Assembly (NCBI RefSeq): GCF_018350175.1
Contig: NC_058368.1
Coordinates: forward strand, 170,192,001 to 170,256,000
Direction of reading: 5' to 3'
Length of the DNA: 64,000 nt
From: Felis catus
Taxonomy: Eukaryota
Part shown: positions 53,980-64,000 of the stretch, in pieces
How the letters are laid out: each line of letters opens with the position of its first letter
How positions within the stretch are numbered: the first letter of the stretch is position 1
Notes under the pieces: model-generated
Seen by the model: only the letters and a program-made list of their open reading frames with translations
Told to the model about the DNA's origin: nothing
The model's database searches: none
Position numbers and translations under genes: made by a program

Positions 53980-54375
53980 ACAAACTTTGATCTAGTGACT
54001 TCATTTTAGAAACTTTACCCCAAGGAAATAATTTGAAATGCAGAAATAAACTTTCTCTTGGCTTAATTTGAAATAGCAAAGGACACAGAAATAACTGAAG
54101 TGCTTCACAATATAGTAGTTATTAAATACTTTCTCTTTTGCACTTCATAGATTATTATGGAAACTTAGCAGACATATATGTTTATAGGAAAATGCTTATT
54201 TTAAACAAAAAGTATACAATTCAAAATTTTAGAAATATATGATCATTGAAAATTATGAATCCATTTATTTACAAAATAGTAAACCTTAATATTTTTATCC
54301 TTAGTTATAGAATTATAGGTGATTTTTAAAAAATTATTCATAACAATTTGTACTTTCTAAATTCTACAAAGCATA
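53980..54375 (+). mobile_element. Ancient L1 3' remnant
   Basis: ctttgatctagtgacttc...tttaccccaaggaaataat...aatagcaaa. Confidence 0.45.
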
Positions 54376-54418
54376 TGGGTCTGCTAGTTTAACAACATGA
54401 AAACTTTTTCAAACTTAC

Positions 54419-54537
54419 TTTGATTTATTACTCCTTCTTTTCCTTAAATTTTGAAAATTCAACGTCAAGAGTTTTTCATGATAAGAGGAAGATATCACTG
54501 CTAATTTACTAATCATGGGTGATTTGTTGACAGGCAT
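54419..54537 (-). CDS. TMEM232: TMEM232 first coding exon (exon spans 54554-54419, including 17 nt of 5'UTR): MPVNKSPMISKLAVISSSYHEKLLTLNFQNLRKRRSNKS(K)
   Basis: Acceptor ttctgtttag at 54555; ATG at 54537 with A at -3; donor AA|gtaagt at 54418; 119 coding nt, phase 2. Matches the remembered mammalian TMEM232 N-terminus (MPVNKSPMI...YHE.L..LNFQ.L). Confidence 0.92.
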
Positions 54538-54860
54538 AGTCACAGATCATAAACCTAAACAGAAATATTAAACTTTGTATTAAAATACAAATGCACTCAC
54601 AGTACCAAATAATACATTACATGCAAATTCATGATTTGTGGGGAAAAGGGTGGTAAAAAGGAAAATCAGGCTGAAGAAAGAAATTACATTAAGGAAGAAT
54701 TTAAATTTAATTTAAAATGTCAGACCCAGGAATCAAACCCAACTTTGAATTGAAAACCCATGTGCTTTCTATTATGTTACTATTTAAAACTTATTCTTTC
54801 ATACAATATTTAGCTTTCATTATACTTCAGCTGTTTTATCAGCAAAACCATTGGAAGATC

Positions 54861-55052
54861 ATGGCATCATAGTTCAGAGGATACAATCAAACTGATTTAC
54901 TTTACTGCTCTGTGCCTCAGTTTCTGCACTTGTACAATGGGAATACTACCTCCTTACAGGGTTGCTGTAGGAAATAAACAGGTGCATAAATGTAGATTGC
55001 TTAGAATTGAGCATGGCATATAGGAAGCTTTCTGTACAGGCTTGTGATCATT
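54861..55052 (+). mobile_element. MIR
   Basis: ctctgtgcctcagtttctgcacttgtacaatggg...cagggttgctgtagga...catggcatatagg. Confidence 0.8.
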
Positions 55053-55345
55053 ATTAGATCACTATGCTTTCTATTTCTCAAAATTACTTGCAAATTTTTC
55101 TGTCCTCTGTCTTTTTTTTTAGCATTTAGATTATGTTTTCCCTGCTTGCTCTCAAATCCAGATGTATTTTCCTTTTTAAGTACATCTGAATACATTTTAT
55201 GAGTGTATGACCCAAATTAGAACATACTATTTTTGTTTGGTAGAGCATTTAAATAGCAAATGAAGTAATGAAATAGGTAGTCAAGTTTTACATTGAATTG
55301 TTTTGCACTTCATTTTTAAGCTAGCTAATTTTTAAAACTGATCAT

Positions 55346-55792
55346 TATATTAGTCAAGGTTCTGGCAGGAAGCAGATGGCACACTCAAATGGAGTAAATG
55401 AATAAAGAGACTCAAAAGACATATGTAGAGTTATTGAAATAAAAAACATACAATAAAATAAAACCCAAGATGGTGCCATTCTCGGGGTCTGGAAGAAGGG
55501 GGTGACACACCACTGTCAGAACTGAGAAGAGGGACCCAGAAAGAATAGCTTTGGAGAGTGGTGCTTAATAGAAAACATTGGCCTTTGGTCTAGACATGCA
55601 ACCAATCTGAGGCTGCCTGCTAAGAGGGATCCTGGAGAATAGGAACTTTGATCTCACTCTCCTGTCCTCCACTCCAATCACCCACCTGTGCTTCCCATTA
55701 GCTAAGCCAAACTAGAAGCCAGAGAAGGTGTAAGGCAGAGTGAAGAAGGGTAGAAAGTGGATCTGGAAGAGCAATGGGAAAATATCCAGCAC
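55346..55792 (-). mobile_element. ERVL LTR33-like
   Basis: attagtcaaggttctggcaggaagcagatggcacactcaaa...cttcccattagctaagccaaactagaagccagag...aatatccagcaca. Confidence 0.8.
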
Positions 55793-55901
55793 AAAATGGA
55801 TTATAAACACACAACATTATTACCTATTGCTATTGGTTATAGCAAGTTCTGCTTCTAAGAATCTATATCCATTAGAGTGTAAATCAAATGTATTTTTAAG
55901 T

Positions 55902-56105
55902 TTATTTATTTATTTTGAGAGAGAGAGAAAGAGATAGTGTGAGCAGGGGAAAGGGCATAGAGAGAGGGACAGAGAGAATTGCAAGCAGGCTCCATGCTGT
56001 CAGTGCAGAGCCCCAAGTGGGACTCCATCTCATAAACCATGAGATCATGACCTGAGCCAAAACCAAGAGTCAGATCCTTAACAGAATGAGCCACTCAGGC
56101 ACGCT
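55902..56105 (-). mobile_element. CanSINE (older)
   Basis: TSD caaatgtatttttaagt at 55885 and 56107. Confidence 0.93.
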
Positions 56106-56500
56106 ACAAATGTATTTTTAAGTCAGCAGCCATACTGGGCTATATATAGGGATGTCATTTAGAGTGGCCCTAACTTTAAAATACAAGTTATTCCTAAACA
56201 GGACTAATATACTTAGGAGTTTAATTTTTTAAAGTTAACAACAGCACATTGTCTCCACATTGGATACTTCCACCTTAAAAGGAACTCCATAAAATAGCTA
56301 CAAACAATTATTAATGATGCGTGATAAAGTGCACATAAGCACTGAACAACAATAATAAAGACATAGGGATATTCAAAACAATTAGATAAATGTAGCAACA
56401 AATGTTGGAAATTCACTATGTTGGTATTATATTTGGCAAGTATCTATTGTGAGTCATGTAAAAATATGAAGATGTTTAATTACACTAAGACAAATTCTTT

Positions 56501-56688
56501 TTTTTTATTTCTTTAATGTTTATTTTATTTTTGAGAGACAGAGAGAGACAGAGCATGAGCAGGGGAGGAGCAGAGAGAGACACACAGAATCCAAAGCAGG
56601 CTCTAGGCCAGACTCAAACCCACGAACCATGAGATTATGACCTGAGCCAAAGTAGGACACACAACAGACTGAGCCACCCAGGAACCCC
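56501..56688 (-). mobile_element. CanSINE with an internal deletion
   Basis: Body jumps ggctctaggc to cagactcaaacc; degraded TSD. Confidence 0.9.
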
Positions 56689-57310
56689 ACTAAAGGCAGT
56701 CTTTAAGACAAAAAGAAACCCATCATTCATAAAACATCACATATTTCAGAAATAGAGTTTAGAAACACAAATTTGAGTCAGTCATACTCTAAGATAAATT
56801 CATTTTAAAAATTTAATTCCAAATTAATAGAAAGGAAAAATTACAGGCCACTTAAGAAGAAAAATAACTGAAGGGAAACTGAAAGCAAACTGATCTTTGT
56901 TTGCATGTGTTAAGCATACTGACCTAGAGCTCTTAGCCATCTTGTGATATACTTCACAGGATTGACTACAGTTTGTCATATTTTTTTTGAGATTTCAAGA
57001 AGTTGGAGACTGTTTTAGAAATTCTCTCTTAATCATTGATCCCACACATCTGCTGGTACTAGTGGTAAGTGTTTGAGCTGTCTGTTCAACATGCAAGTTC
57101 TAAAATACAGTTGATGAGTTGGGTCTCCCAGATTGGATGGGTTGAAAATGTCAAATTGCTAGAGAAGTTTCTATATTCTTACTCTCTATTTCTGCCTTAT
57201 GTTGGGAGTATCTACCTATCTTGAGAGTAACAGTGCCAGGGCTTAATCAACACTAGTTTGTTATTCAAATACTATTTGAATAGCATTGTGATATAGAAGA
57301 GAGACATATG

Positions 57311-57530
57311 GGGGCACCTGGGTGGCTCAGCCGGTTGAGCGTCCGACTTCAGCTCAGGTCATGATCTCGTGGTTTGTGAGCTCAGGCCCCGCTTCGGGCT
57401 CTGTGCTGACAGCTCAGAGCCTGCAGCCTGCTTCTGATTCTGTATCTCTCACTCTCTCTGCCCCTCCTCCACTCACACTCCGTCTCTCTCACTCTCAAAA
57501 ATGAATAAATGTTAAAAAAAAATTTTAAAA
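57311..57530 (+). mobile_element. CanSINE
   Basis: TSD at(a/g)tagaagagagacat. Confidence 0.95.
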
Positions 57531-59054
57531 CATGTAGAAGAGAGACATGACTCCCCAGTGTATTTTATTAGTTAGGATTGCTTTTGACTAAAACAACCAA
57601 ATAAACTCAAGTTTCTGAAAAGAAATGATGAATACCTTCAAAAATTTTTCCCATTGTGATGTTAGGATTAAATCCTCAATGGGGTAAATAAACAAGGAAA
57701 ACTCCCCTCCCCCCAAAGATATCTCAAAATAGAAAATCCAAAAATGGTATCAACTGTAACAAAATTTTTAGTTTTTTCATAAGAATATTCTTCATCAAAT
57801 TCTCAGTAGAATCCCACACCTGAAGCTAACAACAAGGAGGTTGTTGTTGTTGTTGTTACTATTATTGTGTGTACAGTTGGGCCTTTTTGCATTATATTAA
57901 TATAACTAGAGTTACGCGTACTAACCACTACTGGGGACAACACACCCAGGTTCTAACACACTATTTGATGAAGGGTTTTGTTGAACCATTTACTAGAACC
58001 TACTAGGGGAATCGTTTGTACCATTTTATTCCTTCTCAGGACAGTTGCATGCAGGGATGTTGACTGGTGAATTGAATGAAAAGGGACAGACAGAGGCATA
58101 TATCATGCTCTTTATTAACACCAGACCACCTTAAAACAAGAACAGAAAATATGAGAACAAAAATTTGTCTTTTTCTGCTATCAAATACAAGACACATTTC
58201 TTTTACGCTGCTGGGAAATCGCAATAATTAAATGCAAAGAGATTAGAATGGCCTTGTTAAATTGGATCATTTTACTTTTACATCATTGTCAAGAAATAGC
58301 CATTTTGCCCTGAATCAGCAAAACATGATGTAAATTTTAAATCGGCTTTTTATTATAAGTTAAATAGATCTTCAAAATTTAAATATCCTTGTATTCTCTA
58401 CAGTACCCAAACACATGGTGCTGACTGAATTTGTGGATTGAAATGAAAACAAAATCTTAAGTGAATAAAAATGATCTTTAAGATTGAATTTTTAAATAAA
58501 GACTTCCTTCAAATACTGAAATGAAAAAAAAATCATTTTTGACAGCAACTACTTGTTAGACAGACCTGTTCACTTGCTCTAATTTTCTTCATTTAGACAG
58601 CTCTCCACCATAGAGGATGGGCTACAATAACTCATATTTTCTCTGCCACTTTCCAGGGATGGTTTCCAATAATTTAAGTAAATTCCACAGATTTACCTTG
58701 CATATTTGTCTGAAGCAGGCAAAAAGTGTGATTTTACCTTTAGCTTATATCAGATATGATTTTTATATTAAGTTATATTTGCCCTTGAATTTATTTCAGT
58801 GCAGAAAATGCACTATCTGGAACCTAGTTTCTGTTGTTCTGGCACTGAGATAATCTTCCCAAGGCTGACAATGATTTCCAGGTGAACAATCCCACTAAGC
58901 GTTTTTCAGTACTGATCTCACCTGATGCCTCTATAGTAACTGACTCTGCCTACGACCCCTTCTAGAAATAAGTGTCTTCTTTTTTCATTTATCATGACAC
59001 TCCTCCCTTGCCTTATCACCTTACTTCTGTGAGGTCTCCATCTCTCACTCCTAT

Positions 59055-59260
59055 GTGGTGTAGCAGGGAACCATGCACGTGCAGGAATCAACAGCTTGCT
59101 TTAAATTCTGGCTCCAGCACAGATTACAACTCCGTCACTGCGCAAATTACTTAACCGCAAATTGATTAAACTATCTTAGTTTCCTCATCTATGAATAGGG
59201 ATTAGAGTACTATCTCCTGTTAAGGGGTCATTACTATCCAAGTGAAGAGTAATATTCATT
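59055..59260 (+). mobile_element. MIR
   Basis: ttctggctccagcac...caaattacttaacc...agtttcctcatctatgaataggg. Confidence 0.7.
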
Positions 59261-59402
59261 ACTTACTATTTGTTCTTTGTATAATATTCTTCTAACTAAT
59301 CATATAAATGCATTAAGTAATAAACACGTTAGGCATAAAAATGTTATATAACTAACACATCACAATGTATGAACTTAACTGATAATTGTTAAATCTGAGC
59401 TA

Positions 59403-59626
59403 GGGGCGCCTGGGTGGCGCAGTCGGTTAAGCGTCCGACTTCAGCCAGGTCACGATCTCGCGGTCTGTGAGTTCGAGCCCCGCATCAGGCTCTGGGCTGA
59501 TGGCTCAGAGCCTGGAGCCTGTTTCCGATTTTGTGTCTTCCTCTCTCTCTGCCCCTCTCCCGTTCATGCTCTGTCTCTCTCTGTCCCAAAAATAAATAAA
59601 CGTTGAAAAAAAAATTAAAAAAAAAA
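59403..59626 (+). mobile_element. Young CanSINE (SINEC_Fc)
   Basis: TSD aaatctgagcta at 59391 and 59627. Confidence 0.96.
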
Positions 59627-59922
59627 AAATCTGAGCTAAAAGTAAACGAGGATTCATTTACTAATCTCCCAACTTTTCTGCATGATTGAAGTTTTTTTTA
59701 TAATATCACGTTTTAAAGCTTTGACTCAAACTTACATAGATTTAATTGATTTCTTCTCAGCATTTAATTAAAAAGTCACGAGGACATATAGATAGACAAA
59801 TATGAAATATAAGATTTTCTCTAATAATTTAATCAACCTCAAAACAGACATAATATCTAACATTATGATAATCAAAAGAATAAACAGAACACTTAAAAAC
59901 TACTTTTAAAATTGCTAATACA

Positions 59923-60134
59923 GGGGCACCTGGGTGGCTCAGTCGGTTAAGCAGCTGACTTTGGCTCAGGTCATGATCTCACAGTTCATGGGTTCAAGCA
60001 GAGCGTTGGGCTCTATGCTGACAGTGCAGAGCCTAGAGCCTGTTTTGGATTCTCTCTCTCCCTCTCTCTCTGCCCCTCCCCTGCTTGCACTCTATCTGTC
60101 TGTCTCTCAAAAATAAATAAACATTAAAAATTTT
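59923..60134 (+). mobile_element. CanSINE
   Basis: TSD aattgctaataca at 59910 and 60135. Confidence 0.95.
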
Positions 60135-60279
60135 AATTGCTAATACAATTATTTAAATTTACTTATCATTTTCTTCTATTCTTATTATTTCTCCCCAGAA
60201 TACCTTTGTAAGGTTTTCCATAGTTTTATTATTATTTTTATGCCTATTTAGTTTCACCAATCTTAGGAGATTCTATACA

Positions 60280-60960
60280 AAAGAGATAAATTTCTAGACC
60301 ATTAAAGGTAACAGGATTTGGGTCAGTACGGGGAAAATGATTTAATAGGAAAATCTCACCTATTAACATAGCTGCAAAACTTCCAAAAAAAAAAAAAAGA
60401 ACAAGGAAACCAAGTCCAGCAATACCAATAAAAAATAATCCATTATAACTGAGATGAATTAGTCTAGAAGAGCAAGGATGATTTAATATTATAAAAATCT
60501 ATTATCACAGACCATAACATTGATGGATTTAAGACAAAAAAGTAGGAAATATTTTTATATACACCAAAGATTAATTCAATTAAATCCAGTTTCCATTCAT
60601 GATTATATACTAAAAAAAAAAAAACCCTGCAAGCAAGCGATGCCAGTATTCTTTAATTTAAACTACCTAAGAAAAACTAAAAGAAACATAATTAACAACA
60701 AAATTTTAGAAGCTTTATCTGAAAAGCCAAGAACAATAAAAAAGAACAATAAGCCAAGAACAATAAAAGTAGTATGTACTTATTACTTAATTCAACATTT
60801 TATAGGCAGTCCTAGCCAACAAAAATACTGTATAAGAAAAAGAAAAAAGGAGTATAAATATGGGGGGAAAGGGGTAGTATTTTTATTTGAAAAATACATT
60901 AAAAATCTCAGAAGAATCTACACATACAAAAAAAGTAGATTATATCCAATAAAAAAAAGA
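60280..60960 (+). mobile_element. Ancient L1 ORF2 (RT region) remnant
   Basis: caaggatgatttaatatt...ccattcatgat...attcaacatt...gtcctagcca; accounts for track ORF 60520..61029. Confidence 0.6.
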
Positions 60961-61224
60961 TTTTGGAATAAACAGTATAAAAAAATAGTGATGTGGGGTT
61001 CAATACCTTTAATAAAGTTGACTAATTAACACAGGCTTTAGCTACCAGTCTTTAAAAACAACTTTGCAGCACTAAGAAATCTGAAATCCAAGAAATTATA
61101 GAGGAAAAACCCTGAGCTAAGCTACTGGGGAACTGAAGGGCTATTGTTACCTGGTCTATGCCAGGTGGAGAAAGACGTAAGCAGTGTGGCTCTGAGAAAA
61201 TAAATTAAGAACAAGTAGTTTGAG

Positions 61225-62440
61225 CCACACTTTCCTAACTACTAATATGTCAAGTAGTCAACAATGAGAAATAAAATCAGCTAAGGTACAGAAGATTTAA
61301 ACAATATAATTAATATAATGGACCAAACAAACCAAATTGAATTCTGTATTCCATCACTAAAGAACATGCGTTCTGTCCAAGCACACGAATACAATTTCTA
61401 AAAATTGATCATATTCTAGCCTAGAAAGCGAGTCTTAATAAATTACAAAAAGTAGGTAATCTACATAAGTAGATTATATTTCCTGGCATCAAAACATGAA
61501 TAAGTCAGAAAATTATAATAAAAAGATAAATTAACCCTCTATACAGTGAGAAAAAGGAAACTCAATTTTAAGTCAAAGAAGACTTAACAAATATCACATG
61601 CTCCAAAAATTGAGCGAAAGAAGCCAAACACAAAAGTGTACATACTGTATGATTCCAAATATATGAAGTTTAAGAACAGGCAAAACCATTACGTGGTGAT
61701 GATCTGTGGGAGGATGGAATGTGGGGGTGGAGATTGAATGGAAGGTACAGATGGCAATGTTATATATTGGAGGTGTTGACATGAGTGTAAATATGTACCA
61801 AAGCTCACTGTAGCTGACCACGTTGTTAAAAATGGTATAGCAACAGTATCTTCCATACTCTATGTTGTTCTGCAGTGTGGCCTTGTATCTCCCTCACAAA
61901 AGATGGAGTCTAATTTACTCTCTCCATGAATCTGGGCCTAACTTTGTTACTTGCTAGACTAACCAGATGTAGCAGAAGTAACACTTTGGGACAACGAAGC
62001 TAGACCGTAAAAAAGCCTTGCTGTTTCCCAGTAGGTCTCCTAAGGATGTTCTCTCACAGTCCAGTCACTGTGCCGGGAGGCCAACAGTCATATGGAAAGT
62101 CACGAACAAGAGCTCTGGTTAACAGCTCCGGCTGAGCACCCAGCCAGGCTGTCAGCAAGAGCAACTGCCAGCCATGCAATGAGCCATTTGGATGTCCAAC
62201 CCAGCCAAGCCTTTGGATGACTAGAGCCTCACCTGACATCTAACTGAAATCAAAGGAAAGACCCATAATGAGAATTACCCAACTGTGTATAATCAACTCC
62301 AGTTGATTTTTAAAAAATTATTTGTCACTAAGTTTTAAAATGGTTGTTTCTAGAAATGGATACCCAGAATACTCATTGAATTGTACAATGAACATTCATG
62401 CATTTCACTATATGAAATTTTTACTTCAATAAAAATAAGA
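61225..62440 (+). mobile_element. Ancient L1 pieces (endonuclease region, then 3' end), interrupted by an MLT1
   Basis: gaagatttaaacaa...aaaattgatcatattctag; aagccaaacacaaaagtgtacatactgtatgattcca. Confidence 0.6.
61809..62371 (+). mobile_element. MaLR LTR (MLT1G/H-like)
   Basis: 5-bp TSD ctca(c/t); gatggagtcta...tgaatctgggc...gcagaagt...caactgccagccatg. Confidence 0.8.
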
Positions 62441-62454
62441 TTGTAGGAGAATAT

Positions 62455-62750
62455 ATGGTATTAGAATTAAATTTATTGATATAAAACAGAAGTAAAAATG
62501 ACAATGGCTCAAACAAGATAAAAAAGTATATTTCTCTGATGTTAAATACTCTTTTAACTCCAAAACTAGACAATTTAGGATCTGTTTTGCAGCTTCACAA
62601 TCATAAGAAACCAAGGCTCCATCTAAATCTCCCTTTCATGGTCATTGTCAGGCCTCGCCTTGCTTCAGGTTTTTCACTAGATTGCAGAGCATCAAAACAA
62701 TGGGGAGACACTATTTGTCATTATGTTGTATTGATTCCCATCTTCAGAGG
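62455..62750 (-). mobile_element. MaLR LTR fragment (MLT1J-like)
   Basis: caatggctcaaacaagata...tatttctct...gcagcttcacaatcat...ccaaggctcc. Confidence 0.5.
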
Positions 62751-62773
62751 ATATCTGTTAATCAAGCCTCCTT

Positions 62774-62996
62774 ATTTTTTATTTAAAAAGAGTAATTTTT
62801 AATGTTTATTCATTTTTGAGAGAGAGAGAGACAGAACACAAGTGGGAGAGGGGCAGAGAGAGAGGGAGACACAGAATCCAAAGCCGGCTCCAAGCTTTCA
62901 GCACAGACCCTGATACAGAACTTGAACCCATGAACTGTGAGATCATGACCTGAGCCAAAGTCAGCCACTTAACAGCCTCAGCCACCTAGGCACCCC
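62774..62996 (-). mobile_element. CanSINE
   Basis: Flanked by aagcctcctt direct repeats. Confidence 0.93.
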
Positions 62997-63019
62997 TATT
63001 AAGCCTCCTTCTAATGCCT

Positions 63020-63255
63020 TCTGCCATTCTCCCAGGTCAGGATGCCATTTTGTCCTGGACTAATACCATAACTCCTTATCTTCTAGTCTCCTTCTGATCT
63101 CTTTTCCTCTGGCCTCATCTTTTAGATGACTGCCAGAGTAACTTTTCCAAATATACATCATCTGAGCCTTTTCCTCTTCCCCTAGACCCCCTTTCCTGTT
63201 TAAGAGCTTTTAGTATAGCCCTCCTGCCTACAATAAAATCCAGACTCAGAGTAGG
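63020..63255 (+). mobile_element. L2 fragment
   Basis: cctggacta...ctgccagagtaactttt...ataaaatccagactc. Confidence 0.55.
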
Positions 63256-63326
63256 GACTCTTCAGATTGCTGGAGCATAAAGTTTGAGTGTATGGATTAT
63301 ATTGATATCAACTGTGTTTTTTAAAT

Positions 63327-63539
63327 TTTTTTCAACTTTTTTAATTTTTTGGGGGGGACAGAGAGAGACAGAGCATGAACGGGGGAGGGGCAGAGAGAGA
63401 GGGAGACACAGAATCGGAAACAGGCTCCAGGCTCCGAGCCATCAGCCCAGAGCCTGACGCGGGGCTCGAACTCACGGACCGCGAGATCGTGACCCGGCTG
63501 AAGTCGGACGTTTAACCGACTGTACCACCCAGGCGCCCC
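63327..63539 (-). mobile_element. Young CanSINE (SINEC_Fc)
   Basis: Perfect TSD tcaactgtgttttttaaat at 63308 and 63540. Confidence 0.96.
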
Positions 63540-64000
63540 TCAACTGTGTTTTTTAAATAGCTATTTTTTATTTGCCATTGCAAAATTAAATTATGTGTAT
63601 CAGTTATAAATCTTAATTACAAACATTTTGTGCAAAACATGATGGGAACTGAATTATCTCATCCATTTGGGCTCCTATACTTACATTAAAAGGCAACCAA
63701 GTGATCTATTGTACCAAGTGGCATGAGGGGATAAGTGAGGAGATATAAAAACCATGTCACCTTTTGGAAATGATTAAAAGATTAAAAATGTCCAGTTTGT
63801 AAAAGAGAAGTATGAGTGATTGAGTCTCACGGATGCCTCTTAAGTATGATGGCTTTATTCATTTTAAGAACTCTCCCTTTTGGTTTGTACTTCTCTATTC
63901 TGTGGAGTCATATATACTCAGGTGCTCTTCCTTGCCTGGATTTCTCCAAAGCAGAAAGCTAAAACTGCCTTTACTCTCTGGCTCTATCCCATCTTTAAAA

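Noticed and set aside
56213..56416. Track ORF starting MNFQHL, resembling the TMEM232 N-terminal motif
   Set aside because: Upstream codons do not match and include a stop; the real exon with proper splice sites is at 54419-54554.
60520..61029. 169-aa Lys-rich ORF
   Set aside because: Chance open frame in A-rich degenerate L1 ORF2 sequence.

Overview
Felid (cat-family) genomic DNA, judged from abundant feline-type CanSINEs and felid L1s. It is AT-rich and CpG-poor. The whole window lies inside one minus-strand multi-exon gene that I recognise as TMEM232. Reading the minus strand by hand recovers nine consecutive coding exons (start ATG at 54537 down to a donor at 8618). All have canonical AG/GT sites and compatible phases, and splice to 1273 nt (424 codons + 1 nt) with no stops; the ORF track shows only one of them in frame. 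The promoter/first exon lies beyond the right edge and the remaining 3' exons beyond the left edge. Introns hold about 26 CanSINEs (most with TSDs), four young 5'-truncated L1s, older L1, L2, L3, MIR, MaLR/ERVL/ERV1 solo LTRs, hAT MITEs and microsatellites. I found no convincing novel biological system. The best leads are an in-frame tandem acceptor, an overlapping uORF at the start codon, an L1 3' transduction, an inverted sister-L1 pair bracketing four exons, a triplicated SINE target site, and small templated-repair scars. Repeat family names come from memory of consensus sequences, not a database search; ancient-repeat boundaries are approximate.
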